From NCBI GenBank assembly GCA_964540475.1, contig CAZIMC010000001.1, forward strand, positions 97,203 to 161,202: DNA of 64,000 nucleotides, in the 5' to 3' direction. The notes beneath the pieces were generated by a model. The model did no database searches. It was not told where the DNA came from and saw only the letters and a list, made by a program, of their open reading frames with translations. This DNA comes from an uncultured Gammaproteobacteria bacterium (GTDB lineage: Bacteria > Patescibacteriota > Microgenomatia > UBA8517). The first letter of the stretch is position 1. Every line of letters starts with the position of its first letter. This document shows positions 26,203 through 35,002 of the stretch, one piece after another. Made by a program: the position numbers and the translations under genes.

Positions 26203-27942
26203 CTACTTTCTTTCGATATTGAAAAAGGCAAAGTCCTCCCCAGAAAATGCCCCAAAACCTTTTCCTTGTGGAATTCTTAAGTAGCCTGGCGCCCTGGCAT
26301 TAAATGCTTCTTTAAACTCTATGCCTCCAATTTCAATTGTTCCATTAATAACTACCTTATTCGTAGTGCCGTTACCCTGGAGGGTGTTTATTGATATTAC
26401 AGATGAAATTCCTCCTGCCACATTTCTTAGCTCATCAAAACTATATGGATTTCCTGAATGACAACTGGTTGTTATAGGAGTAATACGATCCTTGTCTACG
26501 CCACCTTTTCTCATTGCCAACGCTGCATTGACAACATCTGCCAGTTCTGCTGAAGTTAACCAAGGATTGCCCCTGCCGCAAGTGTCACCTGAACTCGTAT
26601 ACCCTTTTCTATACCAAGCTTTGTAAAGCCAAGGAGAACCACCTCTGGCCTCCCAGGCTCGGTCTATAAAGTTGCCCCCTCCCTGTCCGTCTGTGGTATC
26701 CCAACCCTTAGAAAGAATGAAACCACCCGTAGTTGAAGAGTAATACGCTTTTAATGGTTGTCCTCCCGAAATCATCACTTTCCCTGAAGTAGCGTTGACG
26801 GCGTCCTCCCACGCTCCTCCTTTAGGGGTAGTTTTAAAGACTTGGCATTTCTCTGTAGCACAAATCGAATGTTCGCCATTATTGGTAGCAGACAAAACAT
26901 AAGATCGGGCAGCTATTGCTTGCGCCTCTAAAGAGGCTTGCGGCCAAGAAGCTGGGATTTCATAAATTCTTTTTATGTAATCCTCTAGGCTACCAGTCCA
27001 CACAACATTTCCAGAATTAACACCACCACCATTGTTAACTTTTATGGTTACACCCCCTCGATCCTCATAGTTGTCAAAGTTGTAGTAACCGCGCAAAATT
27101 GCATCATGGTTTTGCCCATTCGCTGCTCTTCCACGCGCACCATACTGACTCATGCCACGCCTGTGTGTATATGAACCAAACGAAAAAACTGCAAACGATC
27201 CGGCAGGTGCACTTTCTCTGAATCCACGGATAGAAGCGTTATAATCGTCGGCCAACTCGATATCGCCCACGCTTGTTGTAAAACTCCCCGCTTTCGCGGC
27301 TAAAATTTCCTGCTGCTTTGCTGAAAGTTGAGCCAGATGAGCCTCAGTTTTGTCAACCTCGCTACCCAGAAACTTGGCTTCGGCATCCAAGCTTGTCTTG
27401 GCAGACGCAAGGCTCGCCTGGTTTTTTTCCAAACTAGCCTTATCCTCTTTGAGTTTTATTAGCTCAATTGCATAAAGATCCATAGTCTTTCTGTCCTCAT
27501 CCGCCGCTTTTTGCCTGAAACTTATCTCACGAAAAGCCTCAGACGCGTCTTCCGAAGAGAAGAATGGTAATAGCGGATCATAAAGCCTTATAAACCTGTA
27601 GTGATTGGCTGCCTTAGCTTCAAAAACTTCCTGAGTAAACGCCAGGTCTTCCTCTCTTTTTCGTATGTCGTTTTCAAGGCCCTTTAATTGCATGGAGACT
27701 CCTGCAATCCGACTGTTTAGGTTTGTGATTTGATTTTTAAGGCTGGAGAGCTGGTTTTTGTTGGTTTCGTGGGCTTTTGAAAGAGCGTCAATTTCATTCT
27801 GAATTTCCGCAATTTGGCAATCATAATCAGTGGTTGCACAATGGCTGGCATTGACTAGAGTAAAAGAATAAAAAAGTAGAAGAGTAGAAGTCAAAAATAA
27901 GAATAATCTTGAGATGGCAGTTTTAGCAGTTAGATTTGACAT
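26203..27942 (-). CDS. SpoIID/LytB-domain protein with N-terminal signal/TM segment and coiled coil
   Basis: RGMSQYGARGRA, LEAQAIAARSYVL and YYSSTTGG motifs; 579 aa. Confidence 0.75.
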   Translation of the reverse strand: MSNLTAKTAISRLFLFLTSTLLLFYSFTLVNASHCATTDYDCQIAEIQNEIDALSKAHETNKNQLSSLKNQITNLNSRIAGVSMQLKGLENDIRKREEDLAFTQEVFEAKAANHYRFIRLYDPLLPFFSSEDASEAFREISFRQKAADEDRKTMDLYAIELIKLKEDKASLEKNQASLASAKTSLDAEAKFLGSEVDKTEAHLAQLSAKQQEILAAKAGSFTTSVGDIELADDYNASIRGFRESAPAGSFAVFSFGSYTHRRGMSQYGARGRAANGQNHDAILRGYYNFDNYEDRGGVTIKVNNGGGVNSGNVVWTGSLEDYIKRIYEIPASWPQASLEAQAIAARSYVLSATNNGEHSICATEKCQVFKTTPKGGAWEDAVNATSGKVMISGGQPLKAYYSSTTGGFILSKGWDTTDGQGGGNFIDRAWEARGGSPWLYKAWYRKGYTSSGDTCGRGNPWLTSAELADVVNAALAMRKGGVDKDRITPITTSCHSGNPYSFDELRNVAGGISSVISINTLQGNGTTNKVVINGTIEIGGIEFKEAFNARAPGYLRIPQGKGFGAFSGEDFAFFNIERK

Positions 27943-28020
27943 TTAGTATTTGATTTGCAAGGCTCCGCCTTACATTATACCAGTTCAAATCTAACTGCCA
28001 CCTGTGATAAACTTAAGGCC

Positions 28021-28401
28021 ATGAAACGGTTTATACTTTTGGGATTTTTATGCACTTGTTTGTTAATAAAGCCCACCAGCTTAATGGCACAAACGCCCCT
28101 AAACGAGGGTGGGTGCACGAATAATTCACTTAACACCGCCATTGGCTGCATTCCAGTTGAGGACACAAATCAATTTATGGGCTACTTACTCGGCTGGGCT
28201 ATTGGAATTGGAGGAGGCATTGCCTTTTTGCTAATTGTTTACGCAGCCTTTATGATAACGACCTCTTCCGGAGTACCGGAACGGCTAAAAGCGGGACAAG
28301 AACTACTAACCTCTGCCTTAATGGGTATAATAATGTTAATATTTTCTGTCTTTATTCTGAGATTTATTGGCGTTGACATATTAAAGATTCCAGGCTTATA
28401 G
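28021..28401 (+). CDS. VirB2/TrbC-like T4SS pilin-family small membrane protein (paralogue 1 of 8)
   Basis: Start taken at MKRF; signal peptide plus two TM helices; conserved SSG...LKAGQELLTSALMGII block shared with the following seven ORFs. Confidence 0.55.
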   Translation: MKRFILLGFLCTCLLIKPTSLMAQTPLNEGGCTNNSLNTAIGCIPVEDTNQFMGYLLGWAIGIGGGIAFLLIVYAAFMITTSSGVPERLKAGQELLTSALMGIIMLIFSVFILRFIGVDILKIPGL

Positions 28402-28414
28402 CCACCATTGTCAA

Positions 28415-28726
28415 ATGATAGACTTTAACCAAATCCAGCAAAATGCAAATGTGGGATTTAAATTTACCAACTCATCAGTTGGACAAATCATAAAAGACAC
28501 AATTCCCTATATCTTTTCTGCGGCGGGCATTGCTGTTTTGATTTATCTAATTGTTGCCGGGTTGCAGCTTATGACTTCCGCTGGCGACCCAAAGGCGGTT
28601 GAATCAGCAAAAGGAAAAGTTACCGGTGCATTGATTGGGTTTGTAGTAATATTTGCATCTTACTGGATTGTACAGCTTCTATCAGCTTTCCTGGGAGTTG
28701 ACAGGGTTGGTGAGCCATTTAACTAG
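28415..28726 (+). CDS. VirB2/TrbC-like pilin-family protein (paralogue 2)
   Basis: SAGDPKAVESAKGKVTGALIGFVVIFASYWIV. Confidence 0.55.
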   Translation: MIDFNQIQQNANVGFKFTNSSVGQIIKDTIPYIFSAAGIAVLIYLIVAGLQLMTSAGDPKAVESAKGKVTGALIGFVVIFASYWIVQLLSAFLGVDRVGEPFN

Positions 28727-28763
28727 CTTTTACATTTTAACCAAGCTGTAATAAAATTGTTAT

Positions 28764-29072
28764 ATGCTTGCACAAGTTGATATAGGCAATACTTATCTCG
28801 GTTCTGGAAGTCAGTTAACAAATTTGTCAAATGTCGGCTCATTTGTTTCACGCATAGTACAGGGATCAATTGCAGTAGCAGGAATTATTCTGGTGTTTCT
28901 TTTTGTGTTCGGAGGTATTAGCATAATTGCATCTGCAGGAAGCGATAACCCACAAGGTGTAGAAAAAGGAAAGCAGGCTATAACCACCGCCCTCTTGGGA
29001 TTTTTGTTAATCTTTGGTGCTTACTGGATTGTTAAGTTGATTGAAATTATTGCAGGAGTTACAATTCTATAA
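28764..29072 (+). CDS. VirB2/TrbC-like pilin-family protein (paralogue 3)
   Basis: SAGSDNPQGVEKGKQAITTALLGFLLIFGAYWIV. Confidence 0.55.
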   Translation: MLAQVDIGNTYLGSGSQLTNLSNVGSFVSRIVQGSIAVAGIILVFLFVFGGISIIASAGSDNPQGVEKGKQAITTALLGFLLIFGAYWIVKLIEIIAGVTIL

Positions 29073-29420
29073 ATGAACCTTATAGCACAAAACCCTTTCG
29101 GAACCATCGCCCCCCCACCGCAAGTTGCCAAATATGGAAGCGTACAGGACGGTGCAATTGGTACTTTTATCAATTTGGCATTAAACGTATTGATAATTGG
29201 CGCCGGTATTTATGCTGTAATCAATCTAGTTTTAGCGGGATATGCATTCATGTCGGCAGGAGATGATCCCAAAAAAGTGGCTGGAGCATGGGCTAAAATA
29301 TGGCAAACTCTGCTGGGCCTGGCTGTTGCGGCTGGTGCCTTTGTTCTGGCGGCGATTTTTGGAAGAATTATTTTTGGCCCAGGGTACGACATTCTTAATC
29401 CGTCAATTCCAACACCATGA
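29073..29420 (+). CDS. VirB2/TrbC-like pilin-family protein (paralogue 4)
   Basis: SAGDDPKKVAGAWAKIWQTLLGLAVAAGAF; start adjoins the stop of the previous gene. Confidence 0.5.
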   Translation: MNLIAQNPFGTIAPPPQVAKYGSVQDGAIGTFINLALNVLIIGAGIYAVINLVLAGYAFMSAGDDPKKVAGAWAKIWQTLLGLAVAAGAFVLAAIFGRIIFGPGYDILNPSIPTP

Positions 29421-29791
29421 TAAATTACCTATTTCAAATACCATTAGCTCCCGGAGGCGGTTTCCGGGGAATAGGTCCCCTTGGTTTGGAAGGATCAGCC
29501 ACCACCGGCGCAGCTAACGTCTTTACCAGGTTTTTATCTATCACCATTGGAATAATGACAATTGTTGCGATAATTTGGTTTATATTTCTTTTTATTGCCG
29601 GTGCATACGGGATAATGAGTTCCGGAGGAGACAAACAAGCACTTGAGGGTGCAAGAAAAAAGATCACGACTGGTTTAATTGGGCTCGTGGTAACTATTGC
29701 TGCTATTTTTATTGTAAACCTGGTAGGTAATTTCATAGGTATACCTAATATTCTAGATATTGAAGCTTTGCTTGACAGAGTCGCGCCATAA
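29417..29791 (+). CDS. VirB2/TrbC-like pilin-family protein (paralogue 5)
   Basis: SSGGDKQALEGARKKITTGLIGLVVTIAAIFIV; ATGA overlap with the upstream gene. Confidence 0.55.
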   Translation: MINYLFQIPLAPGGGFRGIGPLGLEGSATTGAANVFTRFLSITIGIMTIVAIIWFIFLFIAGAYGIMSSGGDKQALEGARKKITTGLIGLVVTIAAIFIVNLVGNFIGIPNILDIEALLDRVAP

Positions 29792-29800
29792 TCAAAACCA

Positions 29801-30157
29801 ATGAACCACGCCTTAATCGCACAAATCAGAAACCCCGCCCTTGGACCTACGCTAGACAACCTTCAGCGCCAGGAAAACTCTGGGGTGGCTTTCTTAAACC
29901 TGTATCTGCCAAAATTTGTTCAATTGGGACTTCTTGTTGGTGCCTTGTTGTTTTTTGCGATGCTCTTGTTCGGGGCAATACAATGGATTTCGTCGGGCGG
30001 CGACAAAGCAGCTCTCGAAACAGCGCGAGGTAGAATTACGAATGCCATCATTGGTCTGGTTGTGCTTTTTTCCGTATTTGCGTTTATTGTGCTAATTGAG
30101 AATTTCTTCGATATCTCGATCCTTCAAATAGACCTGTCCCCTTTTAGAATTAATTAG
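29801..30157 (+). CDS. VirB2/TrbC-like pilin-family protein (paralogue 6)
   Basis: SSGGDKAALETARGRITNAIIGLVVLFSVFAFIVL. Confidence 0.55.
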   Translation: MNHALIAQIRNPALGPTLDNLQRQENSGVAFLNLYLPKFVQLGLLVGALLFFAMLLFGAIQWISSGGDKAALETARGRITNAIIGLVVLFSVFAFIVLIENFFDISILQIDLSPFRIN

Positions 30158-30208
30158 CATTTAGCTCTTGACATTATGATGGGTTGGGCTCGATAATATG
30201 CTTAATAT

Positions 30209-30523
30209 ATGGATACGATAGATTTAACGCCCGGGGGTCAGTTTGATAGATTGGGTACACTTACCATCCCCGGTATAATTTCCGCCCTTATTAGACTTAC
30301 TTTAGTTGTAGCAGCTTTGGTGTTCTTCTTTATTCTCGTCATTGGAGGGATCAGATGGATACTTTCCGGCGGGGATAAGGCACAAACTGAGGCAGCTCGC
30401 AATCAAATAACGGCTGCGCTGGTTGGATTAGTAATTGTTTTTGCTGCATGGGCAATAATTCAACTAGTACAGGTGTTCTTTGGAATCAACATACTGCAGC
30501 TTGATATCCCCACTGCAAATTAA
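30209..30523 (+). CDS. VirB2/TrbC-like pilin-family protein (paralogue 7)
   Basis: SGGDKAQTEAARNQITAALVGLVIVFAAWAIIQL. Confidence 0.55.
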   Translation: MDTIDLTPGGQFDRLGTLTIPGIISALIRLTLVVAALVFFFILVIGGIRWILSGGDKAQTEAARNQITAALVGLVIVFAAWAIIQLVQVFFGINILQLDIPTAN

Positions 30524-30576
30524 TAAACCGCGTTCTTCTTGCTCAATTGTGGCTATTCAGTTAAACTTGTTATTAT

Positions 30577-30882
30577 ATGCCACCACACTGTGCGGATTTT
30601 ACAAGTCGGGACGTTGTGCAGTTGCGCGACCTCGAATGTATTTTTTTTAATCTAGTGAATGTTATTTTGGCATTTGCAGGCATAGTCTTGTTTATTGTAA
30701 TTGTCATAGGTGGATTTAAGTACATAACATCAGGCGGCAACCCCCAATCTGTTGATGGTGCCAAAAAAACTATCACCTATGCCATAGGTGGTGTGGTGCT
30801 TCTAGCGCTAGCATATTTAATCTTGGTTCTGATCAAACAATTCACCGGCGTTGACGTGACAAGATTTCAAATCTACCGCTAA
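30577..30882 (+). CDS. VirB2/TrbC-like pilin-family protein (paralogue 8)
   Basis: SGGNPQSVDGAKKTITYAIGGVVLLALAYLILVL. Confidence 0.55.
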   Translation: MPPHCADFTSRDVVQLRDLECIFFNLVNVILAFAGIVLFIVIVIGGFKYITSGGNPQSVDGAKKTITYAIGGVVLLALAYLILVLIKQFTGVDVTRFQIYR

Positions 30883-30883
30883 C

Positions 30884-33319
30884 TTGGCACTAATAGTGGA
30901 ACTTAAATCTATGCCAAAACTCTCTATCTTCAACCAAAAATCTAATTTTTCAGCGCTCTTTTTGTTATTTTTTCTCCTGTGTGCAATGTACTATATGCTT
31001 TCAGTTAAACAGGTAGCCGCTCAAGTCCCCCCTCCAATCGTAAAATGTAACCAAACAGAAAACCCAGAATTTCACTCCCTGCGCCCGTATCAGGCGAGCC
31101 CCTGCGTGGAGGAGCAAGAGCAAATCCAAATAGCGTGTGGAAACGACTTAATCATTCAAAAGAAGTACAATATAACAAGCCGTATTGGAGCAAAAAGCTG
31201 CACTTCCCACGCAGACGGCTCTTTTGACTGCGAATTCGAGTTCACAGACTCAAGCAATATAAAAATAAGCCTGCCTGATGCAGAACTTCCAATTTTAGGC
31301 AACACTCAACTTGTCAAAAATAGTCAAAATGCAAGCAGCCAACTGAATCCCGCACAAAGAGTGAATGAATATGTAAGCTGGTATCTAAATGGTGCCAATT
31401 ATCGCGCAGAGGAAACACCAGTTGATGCATCCACCAGCCAAGGACAAAAGGATCTATTAAGTTTTGCTGGGCCTTTGAGAAAACTCCTACCGCTAGCAAT
31501 TGTGCACCAAAAACAAGTGGAAACTATTAAAGAAGAGGGGGTTAAACAACACGATCAAATAGTTGTGTGTGCAAAGAAAAAATACTTTTTTGGACTAATC
31601 GGCCCAGCCGAACCGCGCGAATGCTACAAAGGTAACAACACCCAAGCTAACGAAGAGTATAGGTTGTCTGAATGGGATGCGGATTTATCACTATTAAACA
31701 GTGCGTGGAATGCAGCAGGAAATATGCTTGAACCTTTTAAGCTATTTCTGCCCGATTACCCAATTGACCAGATACAAAACTTAATTGGCAACAAATGGAA
31801 CAAAAGATACCCCCCTGCTCCATCGGATTTTGAAAACGGGCTGTTATATGAGAAGGCTTACAGTGAATGGAGAGGCAAAACTTGCATAGTAGTGCCAATT
31901 GTAAACCGTCTCGCATGTATTGATAACCCGTTAATAACAAATGAATACGCAGATCTTTTCCCGTATGTCCCACTCTCTTCAGCCGAAGACCGCATTGGGT
32001 CCGTTGATGTAAACGATGCACTAACAATACAACCGGCCTCCAACAGCATAAATGTTACGGATGTTAAGTTCACCCCAAACTCGAACGAAACAAACGAGAA
32101 TCTCATCTATGTTCCACACACAGAGGAAGTCTCGGGATTGTCAGGGTTGCTACAGAAAACCTTCGCCGCGCAGGGTGTTCCCGAGACAAACAGCCCGCAA
32201 GACGAGAAAGGAAAGCTGTTTGTTACCGACAACCACTGCGACTTAAATAACGTACGCTGGAATTCTGGCGACGATCTATTTGGCGAAGTCGACACTACGC
32301 CCATCCAAGGAAAGCTCGACTATAAAGTCTCATTTAGCTGCAATTTCGGACCGCCAGTACTTAACCCAACATGCTTTTCAGAATGCAGAGACAATGGGGG
32401 AAACATTGCCAATTGTCAGGCGCAATGTACCGGCTCCTCAACTTGCGAAAAAGAAGTTAATGTTGCCCTCTCTGTTTACACCAACACGCCGCTTATGAAC
32501 GACATTGGAGACAGGCTGGTCTTCGGAGATGCCTCCATTGTCAAAAGGATTTATCCCTTTGATTTATCGCGCAAATCTCAGCTTCTGGGTCTGCCTGGAG
32601 TCACAACTGCAAAATACGAAAGCCCAGATTCAAACACTACTGTTTTGGCCGGAGATCCTAAAAACAATCGGCCTGGCAGTCGTGCAGAAATATTTATTCC
32701 ACACCTTGGGGCAATACAGGAATATTTCTTAAGAGGTATACAGACTGCCTTAAGGCCAAAAGGTCTAGCGGGTAGTCTTTTGTCTGGGATAACCTCCGGT
32801 AATACAAGCAACGAAGTTGACTGCAACCAAAACGCATCTGCCTCCAATGTTTCCGGCATTCTTTCAAAAGATGCTTATCATGACTTGGCTTTAAGATGGG
32901 TGGGTAATAAACCAGGCACCAATGCGGACAAGTGTTATAACGATGTCATCTCAAAAGCCCGCGCTGCCGGGGTAAATGTCGGGCTTGCTCTCTGGTTATG
33001 GGTCCACGAAAGCGACGCCAGCAACTATAACGTTTCAGTCGAGGACTTTGGGGTTCATTACGGCCAACCGAAAGGCTTTAATGCACAGATAAACGGTTTT
33101 TTAAGTAGAGCAAAAATATATAATACCAGTCATTCGACCTGCCAGGGGACGGGGGTAACAAATGACCTTCAAGCTTTTGCATATATTTATAAAAGCGGAA
33201 AATGCGACAACAGCCAAGAGGGCGCGGAAACTTTCTGGCAAGAGCTACGAAATCAATTCAACTGGGTAGCGCCTGGGTGTTCCCTGCCATCAAGCGCAAC
33301 AGACACCAGTTGTCCATGA
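30884..33319 (+). CDS. large Cys-rich secreted/surface protein within the T4SS-like cluster
   Basis: 811 aa; N-terminal signal/TM (LFLLFFLLCAMYYMLSV); many Cys and Asn, no TM helix thereafter. Confidence 0.55.
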   Translation: MALIVELKSMPKLSIFNQKSNFSALFLLFFLLCAMYYMLSVKQVAAQVPPPIVKCNQTENPEFHSLRPYQASPCVEEQEQIQIACGNDLIIQKKYNITSRIGAKSCTSHADGSFDCEFEFTDSSNIKISLPDAELPILGNTQLVKNSQNASSQLNPAQRVNEYVSWYLNGANYRAEETPVDASTSQGQKDLLSFAGPLRKLLPLAIVHQKQVETIKEEGVKQHDQIVVCAKKKYFFGLIGPAEPRECYKGNNTQANEEYRLSEWDADLSLLNSAWNAAGNMLEPFKLFLPDYPIDQIQNLIGNKWNKRYPPAPSDFENGLLYEKAYSEWRGKTCIVVPIVNRLACIDNPLITNEYADLFPYVPLSSAEDRIGSVDVNDALTIQPASNSINVTDVKFTPNSNETNENLIYVPHTEEVSGLSGLLQKTFAAQGVPETNSPQDEKGKLFVTDNHCDLNNVRWNSGDDLFGEVDTTPIQGKLDYKVSFSCNFGPPVLNPTCFSECRDNGGNIANCQAQCTGSSTCEKEVNVALSVYTNTPLMNDIGDRLVFGDASIVKRIYPFDLSRKSQLLGLPGVTTAKYESPDSNTTVLAGDPKNNRPGSRAEIFIPHLGAIQEYFLRGIQTALRPKGLAGSLLSGITSGNTSNEVDCNQNASASNVSGILSKDAYHDLALRWVGNKPGTNADKCYNDVISKARAAGVNVGLALWLWVHESDASNYNVSVEDFGVHYGQPKGFNAQINGFLSRAKIYNTSHSTCQGTGVTNDLQAFAYIYKSGKCDNSQEGAETFWQELRNQFNWVAPGCSLPSSATDTSCP

Positions 33320-33361
33320 CGTCCTACACAGACTTAAGTCTGTGGTTTCCTTTAAACAGGA

Positions 33362-34987
33362 TTGTTAGATATTTTTGCTTGTTGTATCATTAAAAGGATT
33401 CCTAAAATGTTTAAAAAATTATTGATATCACTACTCTTGGGTATTGTTTTACTCGCCCCATTTACTGCTGTGGCTCATGCCCAAACAACATGGTACAACC
33501 AGGGTTTCAGCGAGTGGTACTTAAAAGTCTACGATAACAACAATCAATCAGAAATTTTCGGTGAACGCTATACCGCCGCACAAATCCAGTGGATTTATTA
33601 CAGCATCATTTCGTTTGTTATCAACATGATGACGGGGGGCAACACACAACTTGTAAGCTGTGTAATGAGCCCTGACGTGGGCACATGCATTGAAGGTGCG
33701 CTTGAGGCAATTCCATTTGTGGGCAGTTCTAGCCCTAATGGTACGGAAAATTTCTCTGTTGTCTCCGTTTTTTCTAACCGACCAATTTCAGGAGTCGGGT
33801 ATTTACTGAATATCGGCAAAAATCTAAACATTATCCCCGAAGTGCAGGCCCAGGGCTTCGGTTTCCAGGCAGCAAGTCCCGTACTCACTCTTTGGAGGGT
33901 TACAAGAAACATGACTTATGGCCTCCTGATTCTTGTGGTAATTGCAATGGCGTTTATGATTATGTTTAGGGTCAAAATTTCTCCGCAAACAGTTATATCT
34001 GTGCAGTCAGCCCTTCCCCGAGTAGTTCTGGCAATTATTCTTATCACCTTCTCGTACGCTATTGCTGGGTTTTTGATCGATTTAATGTACGTGGTTATAG
34101 GTCTGGTGGCTGCTCTGTTTGCTGGATCTGGACTCCTTTCGGCGCCGTTTAACCAATTTGGAACCATGTTCGGGGCTTTAACCACCGAACGAAACGTCCT
34201 AACATTAATTCTAAATTATTTTATTTCCTTTTTGATTATCTACATGCCAGCCAGCATAACTGGTTGGGAGTCACTGTTAATTGCACCTCTAGCCGCGGCA
34301 ATCTTTCCCCTCGTCTTAATTGTACTCACGGTTGTGCTCATTTTTGTTTTCTTTAGAATTTTCTGGCTACTGCTAAGAACATATGTGACAATCCTTCTCT
34401 TAATCATAGTTGGCCCATTACAGATACTTATTGGTGCAGTTTCAGCTACGGGCGGGTTTGGTCTGTGGTTGCGCAACCTGGCTGCCAATCTTGCTGTATA
34501 CCCCATTGTGGGTGTAATGTTCGTCGTTGCGTTTGTGTTTCTTGGTGCAGCACTAGATGAAAACATTTCATCTGGATTAACTCCGGACTGGGTACGCAAC
34601 GCGATATTGCCGTTTAATGTTGCTTCCGGCGCGTTGGGAGGTAACACCTGGGCGCCCCCTTTGACTTTGGGGGAAAGCCTCCATGGATTATTGTGGCTAG
34701 GGGCAAGTTTTGTCATAATCACCCTTATACCAAGAACCGCAGATATTATTAGAAGCTTCATTCAAGGTCAGGAGTTTGGTTTTGGTACTGCAATCGGCCA
34801 GCAGTTTGCACAGGTTGGAACAGGGGTTGCCATGGGTACGAGAATTGGCCAGGCTGTTATCAACAGAGGTCGCGCAGGTCTCGCAGGGGGTGGGGCAGCT
34901 CCTAACAACGCGGCTGTACCACAGCCAGCAGCACAGGCAGGTGCAGCGGGCGGCGGCGGAGTACCCGGCGGAACTACAACAATTTAG
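33362..34987 (+). CDS. VirB6/TrbL-like polytopic T4SS membrane protein
   Basis: Signal peptide, at least six TM helices, Gly/Ala-rich C-terminal tail (GGGAAPNNAAVPQPAAQAGAAGGGG); position after the pilin array. Confidence 0.5.
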   Translation: MLDIFACCIIKRIPKMFKKLLISLLLGIVLLAPFTAVAHAQTTWYNQGFSEWYLKVYDNNNQSEIFGERYTAAQIQWIYYSIISFVINMMTGGNTQLVSCVMSPDVGTCIEGALEAIPFVGSSSPNGTENFSVVSVFSNRPISGVGYLLNIGKNLNIIPEVQAQGFGFQAASPVLTLWRVTRNMTYGLLILVVIAMAFMIMFRVKISPQTVISVQSALPRVVLAIILITFSYAIAGFLIDLMYVVIGLVAALFAGSGLLSAPFNQFGTMFGALTTERNVLTLILNYFISFLIIYMPASITGWESLLIAPLAAAIFPLVLIVLTVVLIFVFFRIFWLLLRTYVTILLLIIVGPLQILIGAVSATGGFGLWLRNLAANLAVYPIVGVMFVVAFVFLGAALDENISSGLTPDWVRNAILPFNVASGALGGNTWAPPLTLGESLHGLLWLGASFVIITLIPRTADIIRSFIQGQEFGFGTAIGQQFAQVGTGVAMGTRIGQAVINRGRAGLAGGGAAPNNAAVPQPAAQAGAAGGGGVPGGTTTI

Positions 34988-35002
34988 TCGTAACAAAAAC
35001 TG

